NCBI RefSeq assembly: GCF_963921235.1
Contig: NC_086097.1
Coordinates: 38,132,001 to 38,196,000, forward strand
Source of the DNA: Mobula hypostoma
Taxonomy: Eukaryota
Direction: 5' to 3'
DNA: 64,000 bases
Every line of letters starts with the position of its first letter. Within the stretch, counting starts at the first letter, position 1. The translations under genes and the position numbers were made by a program. Of the stretch, positions 12,806 to 24,760 are shown piece by piece. Below the pieces are notes generated by a model. That model was not told the DNA's origin. It saw nothing but the letters and a program-made list of their open reading frames with translations, and searched no databases.

Positions 12806-12884
12806 CGGGGTTCACAACCTTTCTAATGCCATAGACCAATATCTTTAAGCAAGGGGTCCATGGACCCCAGGTTGGGAACCCCTG
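12806..12884 (+). mobile_element. 79-bp hAT-like MITE
   Basis: Inverted termini cggggttcacaacct / aggttgggaacccctg; 8-bp TSD atttaaaa/gtttaaaa; internal palindrome ggggtccatggacccc. Confidence 0.75.
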
Positions 12885-13440
12885 GTTTAAAAGGAGCAGT
12901 GGATTTCCTTTGATCATAGAGTCATTGAGCACGGAAACATGCCCTTCAGTACATCTCGTCCATGCCAAGCTGTTATTCTGCATGGTCTCAGTGACCCACA
13001 CTTAGACCATGCTCTCCATACCCCTCCTATCAATGTACTTATCCAAATGTGCAATCAAACACAGATGCACCACTTCCACTGGCAGCTTGTTCCATACTTG
13101 CACCCCTCACTGACTGAAGAAGTTCTCCCTCTTCCCCTTAAATATTTCACCTTTCACCCTCAAATTTATAATTTCTGGTTCTAGTCTCACCCAGCCTCAG
13201 TGACACGGACAGGATTTATCCTTGCAGTCCTTGTTGAATATCACCTGTGCGCCGGAACCAGTCAGAGACTCGCTGTTTTTTGTCTAAGCTTGTTGATTGC
13301 CAATGAACAGGTGAGTTTCCTTCATCACAACCATGACAGCTCTTCAGAAGTGCTTTCAGATGACCTGAGGTCCTGAAAGGCCATGTAAATGAAAATGCAT
13401 CCAATATACACTTGCACAACAAAGGTGTTAAGGTTTAGTA

Positions 13441-13519
13441 CAGGGTTTCCAAGCTGGGGTCCATGGAACCCTCAGGTGATGGTTGGGGTCCATGGAATAA
13501 AAACAGTTGGGAACCCCTG
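13441..13519 (-). mobile_element. Second copy of the 79-bp hAT-like MITE, opposite orientation
   Basis: Termini cagggtttccaa / ttgggaacccctg, same ggggtccatgga core; TSD is degenerate. Confidence 0.7.
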
Positions 13520-13629
13520 TTTTAGAGGATGCCCAGAGGAGACTGACTGGAATGATGTGTAACTTAAATGGTCTTAGTTGACAAAGGTAATATCAAAGCA
13601 TTTACAAACAAATAGATCATCTACGCAGC

Positions 13630-15370
13630 TTCATGTTCCTGGGTGTCAAGATCCCTGAGGATCTAACGGGGCCCCAACACATTGATGTCATAAAGAAGGC
13701 AAGACAGTGGCTATACTTTATTAGGAGTTTGAAGTGATTTGGCATGTCAACAAGTACTCTCAAAAACTTCTATAGTTGTACCATGGAGAGCATTCTGACA
13801 GGCTGCATCACTGTCTGGTATGGAGGGGCTACTGCACAGGACTGAAAGAAGTTGCAGAAGGTTGTAAATCTAGTCAGTTCCATCTTGGGCACTAGCCTAC
13901 AAAGTACCCAAGATATCTTTAGGGAGCGGTGTCTCAGAAAGGCAGCCTACATCATTAAAGACCTCCAGTACGCAGGGCATGCCCTTTTCTCACTGTTACC
14001 ATCAGGTAGGAGATACAGAAGACTGAAGCGATTCAGGAACAGCTTCTTCCCCTCTGCCATCCGATTCCTGAATGGACCCTGAAGCTTTGGACACTACTTC
14101 AGTTTTTTTAAAAAACATTTTTATTTTTATTTGTTACAAACAAACAAAAAAACGCAAAAATATACAGCACATCCACAAAAACTACAACCATCATAGTCAT
14201 AGTTGTAGTCATACTTTATTGATCCCGGGGGAAATTGGTTTTCGTTACAGTTGCACCATAAATAATAAATAGTAATAGAACCATAAGTAGTTAAATAGTA
14301 ATATGTAAACTATGCCAGTAAATTATGAAATAAGTCCAGGACCAGCCTATTGGCTCAGGGTGTCTGACCCTCCAAGGGAGGAGTTGTAAAGTTTGATGGC
14401 CACAGGCAAGAATGACTTCCTATGATGCTCTGTGTTGCATCTCGGTGGAATGAGCCTCTGGCTGAATGTACTCTTGTGCCCACCCAGTACATTATGTAGT
14501 GGATGGGAGACATTGACCATGGTGGCATGCAACTTAGACAGCATCCTCTTTTCAGACACTGCAGTGAGAGAGTCCAGTTCCATCCCCACAACATCACTGG
14601 CCTTACAAATGAGTTTGTTGATTCTGTTGGTGTCTGCTACCCTCAGCCTGCTGCCCCAGCACACAACAGCAAACATGATAGCACTGGCCACCACAGACTC
14701 GTAGAACATCCTCAGCATCGTCCGGCAGATGTTAAAGGACCTCAGTCTCCTCAAGAAATAGAGATGGCTCTGACCCTTCTTGTAGACAGCCTCAGTGTTC
14801 TTAGACCAGTCCAGTTTATTGTTAATTCGTATCCCCAGGTATTTGTAATCCTCCACCATGTCCACACTGACCCCCGGATGGAAACAGGGGCCACCGGTAC
14901 CTTAGTCCTCCTCAGGTCTACCACCAGCTCCTTAGTCTTTTTCACATTAAGCTGCAGATAATTCTGCTCACACCATGTGACAGAGTTTCCTACCGTAGCC
15001 CTGTACTCAGCCTCAATTTGATAACAAAATCAAATGAAATATTGAGCAGCAAAAGAGAAAAAAATATTAAGGCAAAAGTAAACATTCACAGCAGAGGTGC
15101 ACCACACCAAAAATCCTCAGTCCTCACCCCGTGAGAAAGTCCAATACAGGGCCCTATATTCTTTCAAAGATGTCCCCTCTGTCCTCATTATATAGTTTCA
15201 GTCTCTCCAAATGTAAAGTATTTGCCAGTTCTCTCAGCCACAGATCATACGTAGGCACAGAGTCCATTTTCCACATTTGCAGGATTAACTTCTTAGCAAT
15301 CACCATTTACTTCACTTTTTTTAATATACAGTATTTCTGTTTTAGCACATTTTTAATAACCTATTCAATA
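13630..15370. mobile_element. Nested LINE cluster: Rex1 (+, 13630-14105, resuming about 15305), containing an L1 3' fragment (-), containing a younger Rex1 (-, 14195-15010)
   Basis: Rex1 motifs HALFSLLPSGRRYR..NSFFPSAIR (+) and YKYLG..LDWSKNT...SFLPVAIKLYN (-, ORF 14347-14865). An L1-like AT-rich minus-strand end flanks the inner Rex1. Confidence 0.75.
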
Positions 15371-15661
15371 TACATAACTATAGGCTCATCAATGGATGTG
15401 CAATACATTTATGGAACATGGTCAAGCAGTGTATTCTATGGTACAGTGTTAGCTTCTCAGCATTTGTTATTTGCATGGTTGGTCAAGGGCACAGGAGGTA
15501 TAAATATGCAGTTTGTATTTCAAGGAAGCAGGACAAACTTCAAGAAGTGTGCAGTTGTGTGGGCAAACGTGGACGTTAACGGAATGGCTTGTCTTGAGGT
15601 TAGGGGATGGTGTATTTGGTGTGTGGACAGGAGGGAGGAATGGGGTTGTTCTGCTGTTCAC

Positions 15662-15790
15662 AAACATGAGAGGTTTTTTCAGATGCTGGAAATCCAGAGC
15701 AACACACACAAAATGCTGGAGGAACTCAGCAGGTCAGGCAACATCTATGAAAATGAATAAACAATCAACGTTTCAGGGTGAGAGCCTTCT
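15662..15790 (-). mobile_element. Degenerate Penelope-terminus (hammerhead-like) mini-element
   Basis: gcaacacacacaaaatgctggaggaactcagcaggtcaggc...aacgtttcagggtgagagccttc matches the other copies. Confidence 0.8.
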
Positions 15791-16214
15791 TTAAGATGGT
15801 TGTTGTTAATTTGTCACTTGGGTATATTCTGTCTTGCTGTGTTCTGTGTAGGTGGGCATGTACTGTAGACACTAGAGTATGTGGTGACACTTGCAGCTGC
15901 CCCCAGCATTTCACTGTAGGATTTGATGTACGTGTGACAAATAAATCTGAATCTGAGAGTATATAGTACCTGAGGTCATTTATTAGAAATATGAGAAATT
16001 AGATATAAATTTAATATCAGATACTGGAGCATGTAACTATGGAAGAGACCTGGACATTGAAAGAATTTTGATAACACAAGTAGGTTCTGCTTTTTACAAA
16101 ACACTGTTTATAGCACTGTGTGCTGTTTGCTGTTTTAGGCATACCATTATAGAAAATAGTGGTACAGTATATCCTGACCTTCAAGTGTGGCTTAGCTACT
16201 AAGCCTGTCAGAAC

Positions 16215-16408
16215 TGTTTTACTGACAGAAGAGGCAAAGGTGGGTTACTGGTGCCTTAAATCTAGTCACTTCAGGCAGATGGGGCTCATCAGCTATGGTT
16301 GGCTGCTCATCTAGGAGAAGGAAAACTCTGATTTCAAACCTCTGCTGCCTTGAGGCTATACCCACTTGCAGGGAAGGCTTCAGGAGTCAACCCCAAGGAA
16401 AATCCAGA
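16215..16408 (+). mobile_element. Probable RTE-clade LINE 5' UTR fragment
   Basis: The motif ctaggagaaggaaaactctgatttcaaacc resembles RTE 5' UTR sequence from memory; not verified by search. Confidence 0.45.
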
Positions 16409-16409
16409 G

Positions 16410-18215
16410 ATGGAGGGATAATCCAGGATAGTGAGGGATAAAATTGGTCCCTTAGAGAATCAGAGTGGACGGCTATGTGTGGAGCCAAAAGAGATGGGGG
16501 AGATTTTGAACAATTTCTTTTCTTTGGTATTCACTAAGGAGAAGGATATTGAATTGTGTAAGGTAAGGGAAACAAGAAGGGTAGTTATGGAAAGTATGAT
16601 GATTAAAGAAGAGGAAGTACTGGTGCTTCTAAGGAATATAAAAGTGGATAAGTCTCCGGGCCCTGGCAGGATATTCCCTTGGACCTTGACGGAAGTTAGT
16701 GTGGAAATAGCAGGGGCTCTGACAGAAATATTTCAAATGTCATCATAAACGGGGATGGTGCTGGAGGATTGCCGTATTGCTCATGTTGTTCCATCGTTTA
16801 AAAAGGGTTCTAAGAGTAAACCTAGCAATTATCGGTCTGTGAGTTCGACGTCAGTGGTGGGTAAATTGATGGAAAGTATTCTTAGAGATGGTATATGTAA
16901 TTATCTGGATAGACATGGTCTGATTAGGAACAGTCAACATGGATTTGTGCGTGGAAGGTCATCTTTGACAAATCTTATTGGATTTTTTGAAGAGGTTACT
17001 AGGAAAGTTGACAAGGGTAAAGCGGTGGATGTTGACTATATGGACTTCAGTAAGGCCCTTGACAAGGTTCCACATGGAAAGTTAGTTAGGAAGGTTCAAT
17101 TGTTAGGTATTAATATCGAAGTAGTAAAATGGATTCAGCAGTGGCTGGATGGGAGACGCCAGAGAGTAGTGGTGGATAACAGTGTGTCAGATTGGAGGAC
17201 GGTGTCTGGTGGTGTGCCTCAGGGATCTGTACTGGGTCCAATGTTGTTTGTCATATATATTAATGATCAGGATGTTGGGGTGGTAAATTGGATTTGCAAG
17301 TATATAGATGATACTAAGATAGGTGGAGTTGTGGATAATGAAGTAGGTTTTCAAAGCTTGCAGAGAGATTTAGACCACATAGAAGAGTGGGCTGAAAGAT
17401 GGCAGATGGAGTTTAATGCGGATAAATGTGAGGTGCTACATTTTGGTAGGACTAATCAAAATAGGACATATATGGTAAATGGTAGGGCATTGAAGAATGC
17501 AGTAGAACAGAAGGATCTAGGAATAATGGTGCATAGTTCCCTGAAGGTGGAATCTCATGTGGATAGGGTGGTGAAGAAAGCTTTTGGTATGCTGCCTTTA
17601 TAAATCAAAGCATTGAGTATAGGATTTGGGATGTAATGTTGAAATTGTGCAAGGCATTGGTAAGGCCAAATTGGGAGTATTGTGTACAGTTCTGGTCACC
17701 GAATTATAGGAAAGATGTCAATAAAATTGAGAGAGTACAGAGGAGATTTACTAGAGTATTGCCTGGGTTTTATCTCCTAAGTTACAGAGAAAGGTTGGAA
17801 AAAGTTGGGTCTTTATACTTTGGAGTGTAGAAGGTTGAGGGGGAACTTGATAGAGGTATTTAAAATTATGAGGGGGATAGATAGAGTTGATGTGGATAGG
17901 CTTTTTCCATTGAGAGTGGGGGAGATTCAAACAAGAGGATATGAGTTGAGAGTTAAAGGGCAAAAGTTTAGGGGTAACATGAGGGGGCACTTCTTTACTC
18001 AGAGTGGTAGCTGTGTGGAACGAGCTTCCAGCAGAAGTGGTTGAGGCAGGTTCGATGCTGTCATTTAAAGTTAAGTTGGATAGCTATATGGACAGGAAGG
18101 GAATGGAGGGTTATGGGCTGAGTGCAGGTTGGTGGGACTAGGTGAGAGTAAGAGTTCAGCATGGACTAGAAGGGCAGAGATGGCCTGTTTCCGTGCTGTA
18201 ATTGTTATATGGTTA
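16410..18215 (+). mobile_element. CR1 LINE RT and 3' end
   Basis: The 282-aa ORF has QHGF, YMDFSKA.DKVPH, GVPQGSVLGP and DDTK motifs; a CR1 3' UTR follows. Confidence 0.93.
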
Positions 18216-18243
18216 CCCTGCCCCCTGCTAATTTTATTCATTT

Positions 18244-18450
18244 AGCAACACACACAAAATGCTGGAGGAACTCAGCAGGTCGGGCAGCATCGGTGGAAAG
18301 GAGTAAACAGACGACGTTTCAGTCCGAGACTCTTCATCAGGACTGAGAGGGAAGGGGTGGGATGCCTGAATTAAAAGGCAGGGGAGGGGAAAGAGGCTAG
18401 CTGGAAGGTGATAGGTGAAGCCAGGTAGGTGGGAAAGGTCAAGGGCTTGA
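18244..18450 (-). mobile_element. 3' terminus (pLTR with hammerhead-like core) of the Penelope element that continues at 24761
   Basis: Minus strand CAGTC CTGATGA AGAGTCTCGGACT GAAA CGTC GTCTG (18308-18345). The purine-rich sequence resumes after the L1 and is colinear with the copy at 61088-61790. Confidence 0.88.
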
Positions 18451-21400
18451 AGGACCGCCCCTGTCTGCAAATGGAGTAGCAGTATTTTTGTGCTGCTGTT
18501 AGTTTCTCTTCCCCCAGTTTAAGCTTTGAATTTAAAATTTTTACTTGCTGATTCTTGAGGGGGAACAATATGTCTATGTCTACAAGAAGTGGGAAGAATT
18601 TACCTGAACCTAGTGATAAAGATAATGGGAAAGGAAAGGTGCAAAAGGAAAGATCTGATGAAATGCCATCGTGGGCTGAAGATATCGTTCGGACACCAAA
18701 TTCAATTAAGGATCAGAATGGATCAATTAAAGATCAACTGGAAAAGAATAGTAATGAAATGAAGTCATTTCTGGGAAAACTTAAAGACCTGGAAACTCAA
18801 GTTATTTCACATGAAGAGGAATTGAGGATAACTAAGCAAAAGTTGTCTGAGGCTACAACTTGTTTGGAAAGATATCAAAATAAGATTATAGACCTGGAAA
18901 CTAGGTCTTGACGAAAGAACACACAAATTTTTGGGCTGCAAAAAGGAGCTGAAGATGGAGATTTAACTGCTTACTTTGGTAAGCTTTTCCACACTTTATT
19001 TCCTACCATTCTATCAAAGCCGCCTGCTATAGAAAGGGCACACAGGGCGTTTATCTTGAAATCGAAGGATCCTAGTAAACCAAGAACTGTTCTGGTTTAC
19101 TTTCATCACTTTAAAATTAAAGATCAAATAATGCGACAGGCAAGAAAACAGAGAGTTTTGAGATTTATGGAATCTGAGCTCCGCCTTTATGAAGATTATC
19201 CAAGAGAGGTAATGGAACAAAGATCAAAGTTTGCCCTGGTAATGAAACAAGCATATGATAAAAAAACTTTTTCCGTCTTTGAGGTACCTGACAAGAATTA
19301 AAGTTTTTTCTGCTAATTCTCCTCCTCGTACTTTCTTTGATCCAAAATCTGCACTGGACTTTGTTCAGGCTATACCCGCCGCTGTTACTGACGCCGCTGG
19401 TGAATGAACTATCTGAAAGGCTGTTTGTTTATCTGTATATTATTCACATTTTGGAAAGAAGATTTATGAAGGTCATTTGTATATTTCATTGAGAGACTAA
19501 TTAAAGAAGCCAAGGAGAGTTGTTCATTATTGCATATTGTTGGTTTTCCTTTGGAAAGATTTATGGCTTAAGTATGTCTGTCTAAATGATCTCTAAACTT
19601 TCTACAACTGAGAGAAGAAGATAAGTGGATTTGTTCCTTTAATTTAATACTTGGTTTGTTTCTTTTTTAAATCAGAAAATTGGCAGTTTTTTCCTACTAA
19701 TAGGGCTTTTTATATATTTTTTTCTGTTTTATTGTAACATTTTATAATTGAATTTAAAGCTTTTTTAGGGAATTAATATTAAACTTAAAGATGGCACTGT
19801 TTTTTCTCTCTAAGAGATAACATTATTTTGATTCTTTCTTGTTTATTAGTCGATGGAATGTAAATACCTTTTTTGCTGAGACTTTATTGTTTTTTTCACA
19901 AGGTCACTCTACTTTTTTACTAACTGGGGGGAGGGAAAGAAAACACAGAGCAGTCAGCAGCTTTGAATTCTATCGTAGATTGCTTGCCTTTTTCGGATTT
20001 CCGGGTGTAGGTGGGTGGGTTTAGAGTTAGGAGTTTTTTCCCATTGGGTGGTTCCGGAGCATGCGTGTTTTTTATCTGGTTGTATTCTTTATCACCGCCA
20101 TTTTTGATCATCCCGTATTGGTATGAGCTCTGTGCATGTATAAAGTAGAATAAAATTATAGTATGGTATTTAAACAGATTAATATAATAAGTTGGAATGT
20201 ACGTGGTTTGAATCATTCTATTAAATGAAAAAAGACTTTTAAAATTATTAACCGATTCCAACCTGATATAATTTTTGCTCAAGAGACACATATCAGGGCG
20301 GGAGATCAAAATAGGTTTTTTAGGTGGTGGGATGGTTTGCAATTCCACTCTACTTCTCAGAGTAAAACAAAAGGCGTGTCTATTTTTATTAAACCTAATA
20401 TATTTATTCAAGAGGATATTGAATCAGATTCTAATGGTAGATTTTTAATTGTTAAAGGAACAATCTGTAACAGAAAAGTTGTTTTGGTTAATTTGTATGG
20501 TCCTAACTTAGATGATCCTTTTTTTTAAAAAGGGTATTTGCTTTACTGCCTGATTTAAATGAACATATGCTGATAATGGGTGGGGATTTTAATTGCTGCT
20601 TAAATCCTATGATTGATAAGAGTTCAACCAATCAGCGACTTCCAAATCAATCCGTGTCATTTATTAATTCCTTTTTGATTGATTTTGGGTTGATTGATTT
20701 GTGGCGGTATCTCCATCCCAATAATAGAGAATATTCTTTCTTCTCACATGTTTATAAAAAAAATATTTGAGGATCGATTATATTATAATCGATCCCCGCT
20801 TCTTGCCTAGTGTTAAAACTTGCGAATATGACGCTTTTGCTATATCTGATCATGCGCCTCTGAGTTTGTCTTTTAAATTTGACGATGTCATTCTTGCCCG
20901 CCCACCTTGGCGCATGTCTCAGACATTATTGCAAAACTCTGACTTTGTCAGTTTCATTGAAACCCAGATAAAAGAATGTTTTCTTTTTAATGATATAGGG
21001 GGTATGTCTAAATTAGTTATATGGGATACGTTTAAAGCATTTTTACGTGGTCAGATTATTTCTTATTCAGCTAAATTTAAAAAACAAACTAAAGCGAAAT
21101 TAGATAGAATTTCAAAACAAATTAAAGAGTTAGATAATATCTATGCAATTTCCCCCAATGCTGATTTTATTTAAACAAAGGGTGGAACTTCAATCACAAT
21201 ATAACCTGTTATTAACTCATCCCATTGAAGGATATTTGCTTAAGTTAAAGAGCCAATTTTATATGTTTGGAGATAAAAATAAACTGCTCGCATCTCAATT
21301 AAAAATGGCTGCAGCCAAAAGGCAAATCATGAAAATTTATAGGAAAGATGGTACCTTATCTCAGGAATATGAAGAAATTAATAAGATTTTTCAAGATTTT

Positions 21401-22448
21401 TATGCTGAGCTTTATAAATCTCAATGTCCGTTAGATTCTTCTGAAGTGAATGCTTTTTTACGAAAGATTGTTTTTCCTAAAATCTCGGCTGAGGATCAAA
21501 AAACTCTCGATGCTCAAATCACTGAAGCCGAAATTCATAAAGCTATTTTTTCAATGCAATCTTGTAAGTCCCCGGGACTTGACGGCTATCCTGTAGAATT
21601 TTATAAAAAATTTGGAAAGTTGCTTTCTCCATATATGTTGGAAATGTTTAAGGATTCTTTTGTGAAAGGTGACTTACCCTGTACTTTTTATGAGGCTTCT
21701 ATTTCATTAATTCTTAAAAAAGATAAAGATCCTACTGACTGTGCTTCATATAGACCTATTTCGTTACTGAATGTCGACGCTAAGATCTTGTGAAAGATAA
21801 TGGCCAATCGGTTGGAGAATATTTTGGGTAAAATTATTTTTAAAAGATCAAACAGGCTTTATAAAGGGTTGCTATTCTTTTTCAAATGCTCGGAGACTAT
21901 TTAACATTATACTGTATATTCGTCCTCTTTTAAAACTCCACAATGTGTTGTATCTTTGGATGCTGAAAAAGCGTTTGATCAAGTCGAATCGAAATATTTA
22001 TTCAATGTTTTAGAGAAATTTGGCTTTGGTGCTAATTTTAATAATTGGATTAAAATGATATATAAAGCCCCTATTGCTACTGTTGTCACTAACAATTGTA
22101 GGTCTCCTTTTTTTCAGCTTTCATGGGGGACAAGACAAGGTTGTCCATTAAGTCCTTTGTGAGGCTAAAAATATCCATGGAATTTTTGTGAATGAGACCA
22201 TGCATAAGGTCTCTCTTTACGCTGATGAGTTATTGGTTTATATATCTAACCCTGACGAATCCATTCCTGCCTTGCTAAAATTATTTAATGAATTTGGAGG
22301 TTTTTCAGGATATAAAATAAATTTTAGTAGAAGTGAATTGTTTCCTTTAAATGATTCTGTCTCTATATATGATAATACTCCTTTTAAAGTTACAGACTCT
22401 TTTAGATATTTAGGTATTATAATTACTAAAAAAAAAGGATCTTTATAA

Positions 22449-22540
22449 CAACACACATCAAAGTTGCTGGTGAACGCAGCAGGCCAGGCAGCATCTGTAG
22501 GAAGAGGTGTAGTCGATGTTTCAGGCCGAGACCCTTCGTC
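22449..22540 (-). mobile_element. Penelope-terminus mini-element with hammerhead-like core, inserted in L1 ORF2
   Basis: Perfect 13-bp TSD aggatctttataa (22436-22448, 22541-22553); nearly identical to 10299-10388. Confidence 0.88.
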
Positions 22541-23310
22541 AGGATCTTTATAAAGCCAATTTTGTTCCCTTAGTAGACTCTATGAAGTATTTATTTAGTA
22601 GATGGAGTCCACTTACATTTTCACTTGTTGGTCGTATTCATATAGTTAAAATGATGATTTTACCAAAATTTTTATATTTATTTCAGAATATTCCTGTTTT
22701 TTTGACTAGGAAGTTTTTTGATCGGATTGATTCTATTATTTTATCTTTTATTTGGAACAATAAAAGACCAAGAATTAGTAAATGTCACTTAAAAAAATTG
22801 AAAAAGGATGGCAGTCTTGCTTTGCCTAATCTAAGAATGTATTATTGGACTGTTAATGTGCAATACATGTCTTTTTGGTTATACTGGGTTGATAAGAGCG
22901 ATCGGCCAATTTGGGTAGACCTGGAACTGAAAATTGTAAAACAGTTTTATTTAACCTTGTTATTGGGAGCTCCTTTACCTGTGCAAGTAGTTAAAGTTGT
23001 TAATTTAAACCTATATCCTGTGATTAAGTATTCCTTACAAATTTGGCTCCAGTTCCGCAATATTTTTAATCTTAAAAAATTTAAATTTTGTAGTTTAATT
23101 TATCGAAATTACTTTTTTAAGCCTTCTTTGAGTGATCCAATTTTTTTACTTTGGAAAAATAATGGTATTAATTCTTTTTTGGATTTATTTAAAGAAGATA
23201 GATTGATGTCTTTTGAACAATTAATTGATAAATATTCTCTTTCATACTCACACTTTCTGCAATACCTTCAAGTTAGACATATTTTACAAAAATATTTAAG
23301 TAATTTTCCT

Positions 23311-23788
23311 TGCACAAGGACATTCCCGATCAAAACTTCTCCATGGACGGCTTCCAGACCGTTCCGGCTGACCAGAAGTGCACTGAGAGCGGTAAGCGTA
23401 AAGGAGTTGGGTGCTTACTGTTCTGGTTAACAACAGATGGTGCAATCTGGGATATATTACGATCGAGGAACGTGTTTGTAGACCAGATATTGAACTTTTT
23501 ACTGTTGGACTTCGGCCACATTCCACCGAGATAAAACACTGGGCGGCGTGCGAGGTCGTTCCTGCCTGTGGCCATAGAATGTGCAGCTCCTCCCGTGAAG
23601 GGTCAGACACCTTGTGCCAATAGACTAGTCCTGGACTTATTTTCCATCTGGCATAGTTTGCATTTTGTCGTTTGATTGTTTGTGGTTTTTGTATTGCTAT
23701 ATTTACGCTCTATTCTTGGTTGGTGCAGCTGTAACGAAACCCAGTTTCCCTCGGGATTAATAAAGTATATCTATCTATCTATCTATCT
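23311..23788 (+). mobile_element. Internally deleted Rex1-like LINE nested in L1 ORF2
   Basis: Endonuclease-like DGFQ...ESGKRKG...VNNRWC...PDIELFTVGLRP joined to a Rex1 3' end (similar to the reverse complement of 14200-14450), with AATAAA and a (TATC)n tail. Confidence 0.75.
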
Positions 23789-24760
23789 TACATATTGGAG
23801 GCTGACCTGTTAGATACTATTATGAGTATGAATCCTTTGACTAAGGGTTCTGTTGGAAGAATTTATAATTTATTATTACAATGGGATAAGAGTCCTTTAG
23901 CTAAGATTAAACGGGATTCAGAAAAGGAACTTAATTTGACTTTTATGACGGAGGATTGGATGCAGATTTTGAAGTTGGTTAACTCTTCTTCAATTTGTGC
24001 TAGCCATTCATTGATTCAATTTAAAATTGTACATCATTATCATTTGACAAAGGAGAGACTTTCTAAAATCTTTTCTAATGTTGATATAATTGTGATAGAT
24101 GTAAATCTGAGATAGTTACACTGACACATATGTTTTGGTCTTGTTCTATATTGGAACAGTTCTGGAAGTAGGTTTTTTCAACACTTACAACCTAATAAAT
24201 TAACTGTGCTTTTTGGAATAATTCCTCAAAATATTCATGGTATTTCTGTGTCTGACCAACATGTTATTGTATTTGTTACATTGATAGTTAGGAGGGCCAT
24301 TTTGTTGAAGTGGAAGGATACATCGGCTCCCACTTTGTCACAATGGTTCTCTCAAGTGATGCTATGTCTTAGTTTGGAGAAAATTAGAAGTTGAACTTTT
24401 GAACCTTTATTTGATTTTGAGAAAAGATGGGGCTCATTTCCACATTATTATCATTTAAGCTAATTGATATAATTTTGCCACAATCTAATTGTAAATTTTT
24501 TAGTATATTTTCTTTTCTTGCTGGCGGTTTGATGTTTATTTTTAGAAGCTTTTTGTATGATGCATGTCTCCGGGGTTGTACACCTAATGGGTTCTTTTTT
24601 TTCTCACTTTTTCTGCTTAGTAGGTTTTTTTTGTTATCACAAAATTTTTTTCAATCTTTAAGATAATGTCTTTTTTGAGACATTGTAAGTGTTGTTACTT
24701 CAATGTACTCATGTTATTTTTCCTGTATAATATAACAATAAAAAGATTTGAAAAGAAAGG

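Larger units (their letters stand above)
18451..24760 (+). mobile_element. Near full-length, decayed L1 LINE (ORF1 about 18570-19407; ORF2 about 20163-24460)
   Basis: ORF1 has a coiled coil plus DLETRS and IERAHR. ORF2 has IISWNVRGLN, GGDFN, RIDY, ISDHAP, SPGLDG, YRPISLLNVDAK, DAEKAFD, TRQGCPLSP and YADE. AATAAA at 24737; TSD aaggtc(a/g)agggct(t/g)ga at 18435-18450 and 24761-24776. Confidence 0.95.

Noticed and set aside
15131..15760. 209-aa ORF
   Set aside because: It runs antisense through an L1 fragment, unique sequence and a mini-element; no recognisable domain or splice structure.
22516..23430. 304-aa ORF as a novel gene
   Set aside because: It is L1 ORF2 with an ATG supplied by the inserted mini-element and a C-terminus from the nested Rex1 insert.
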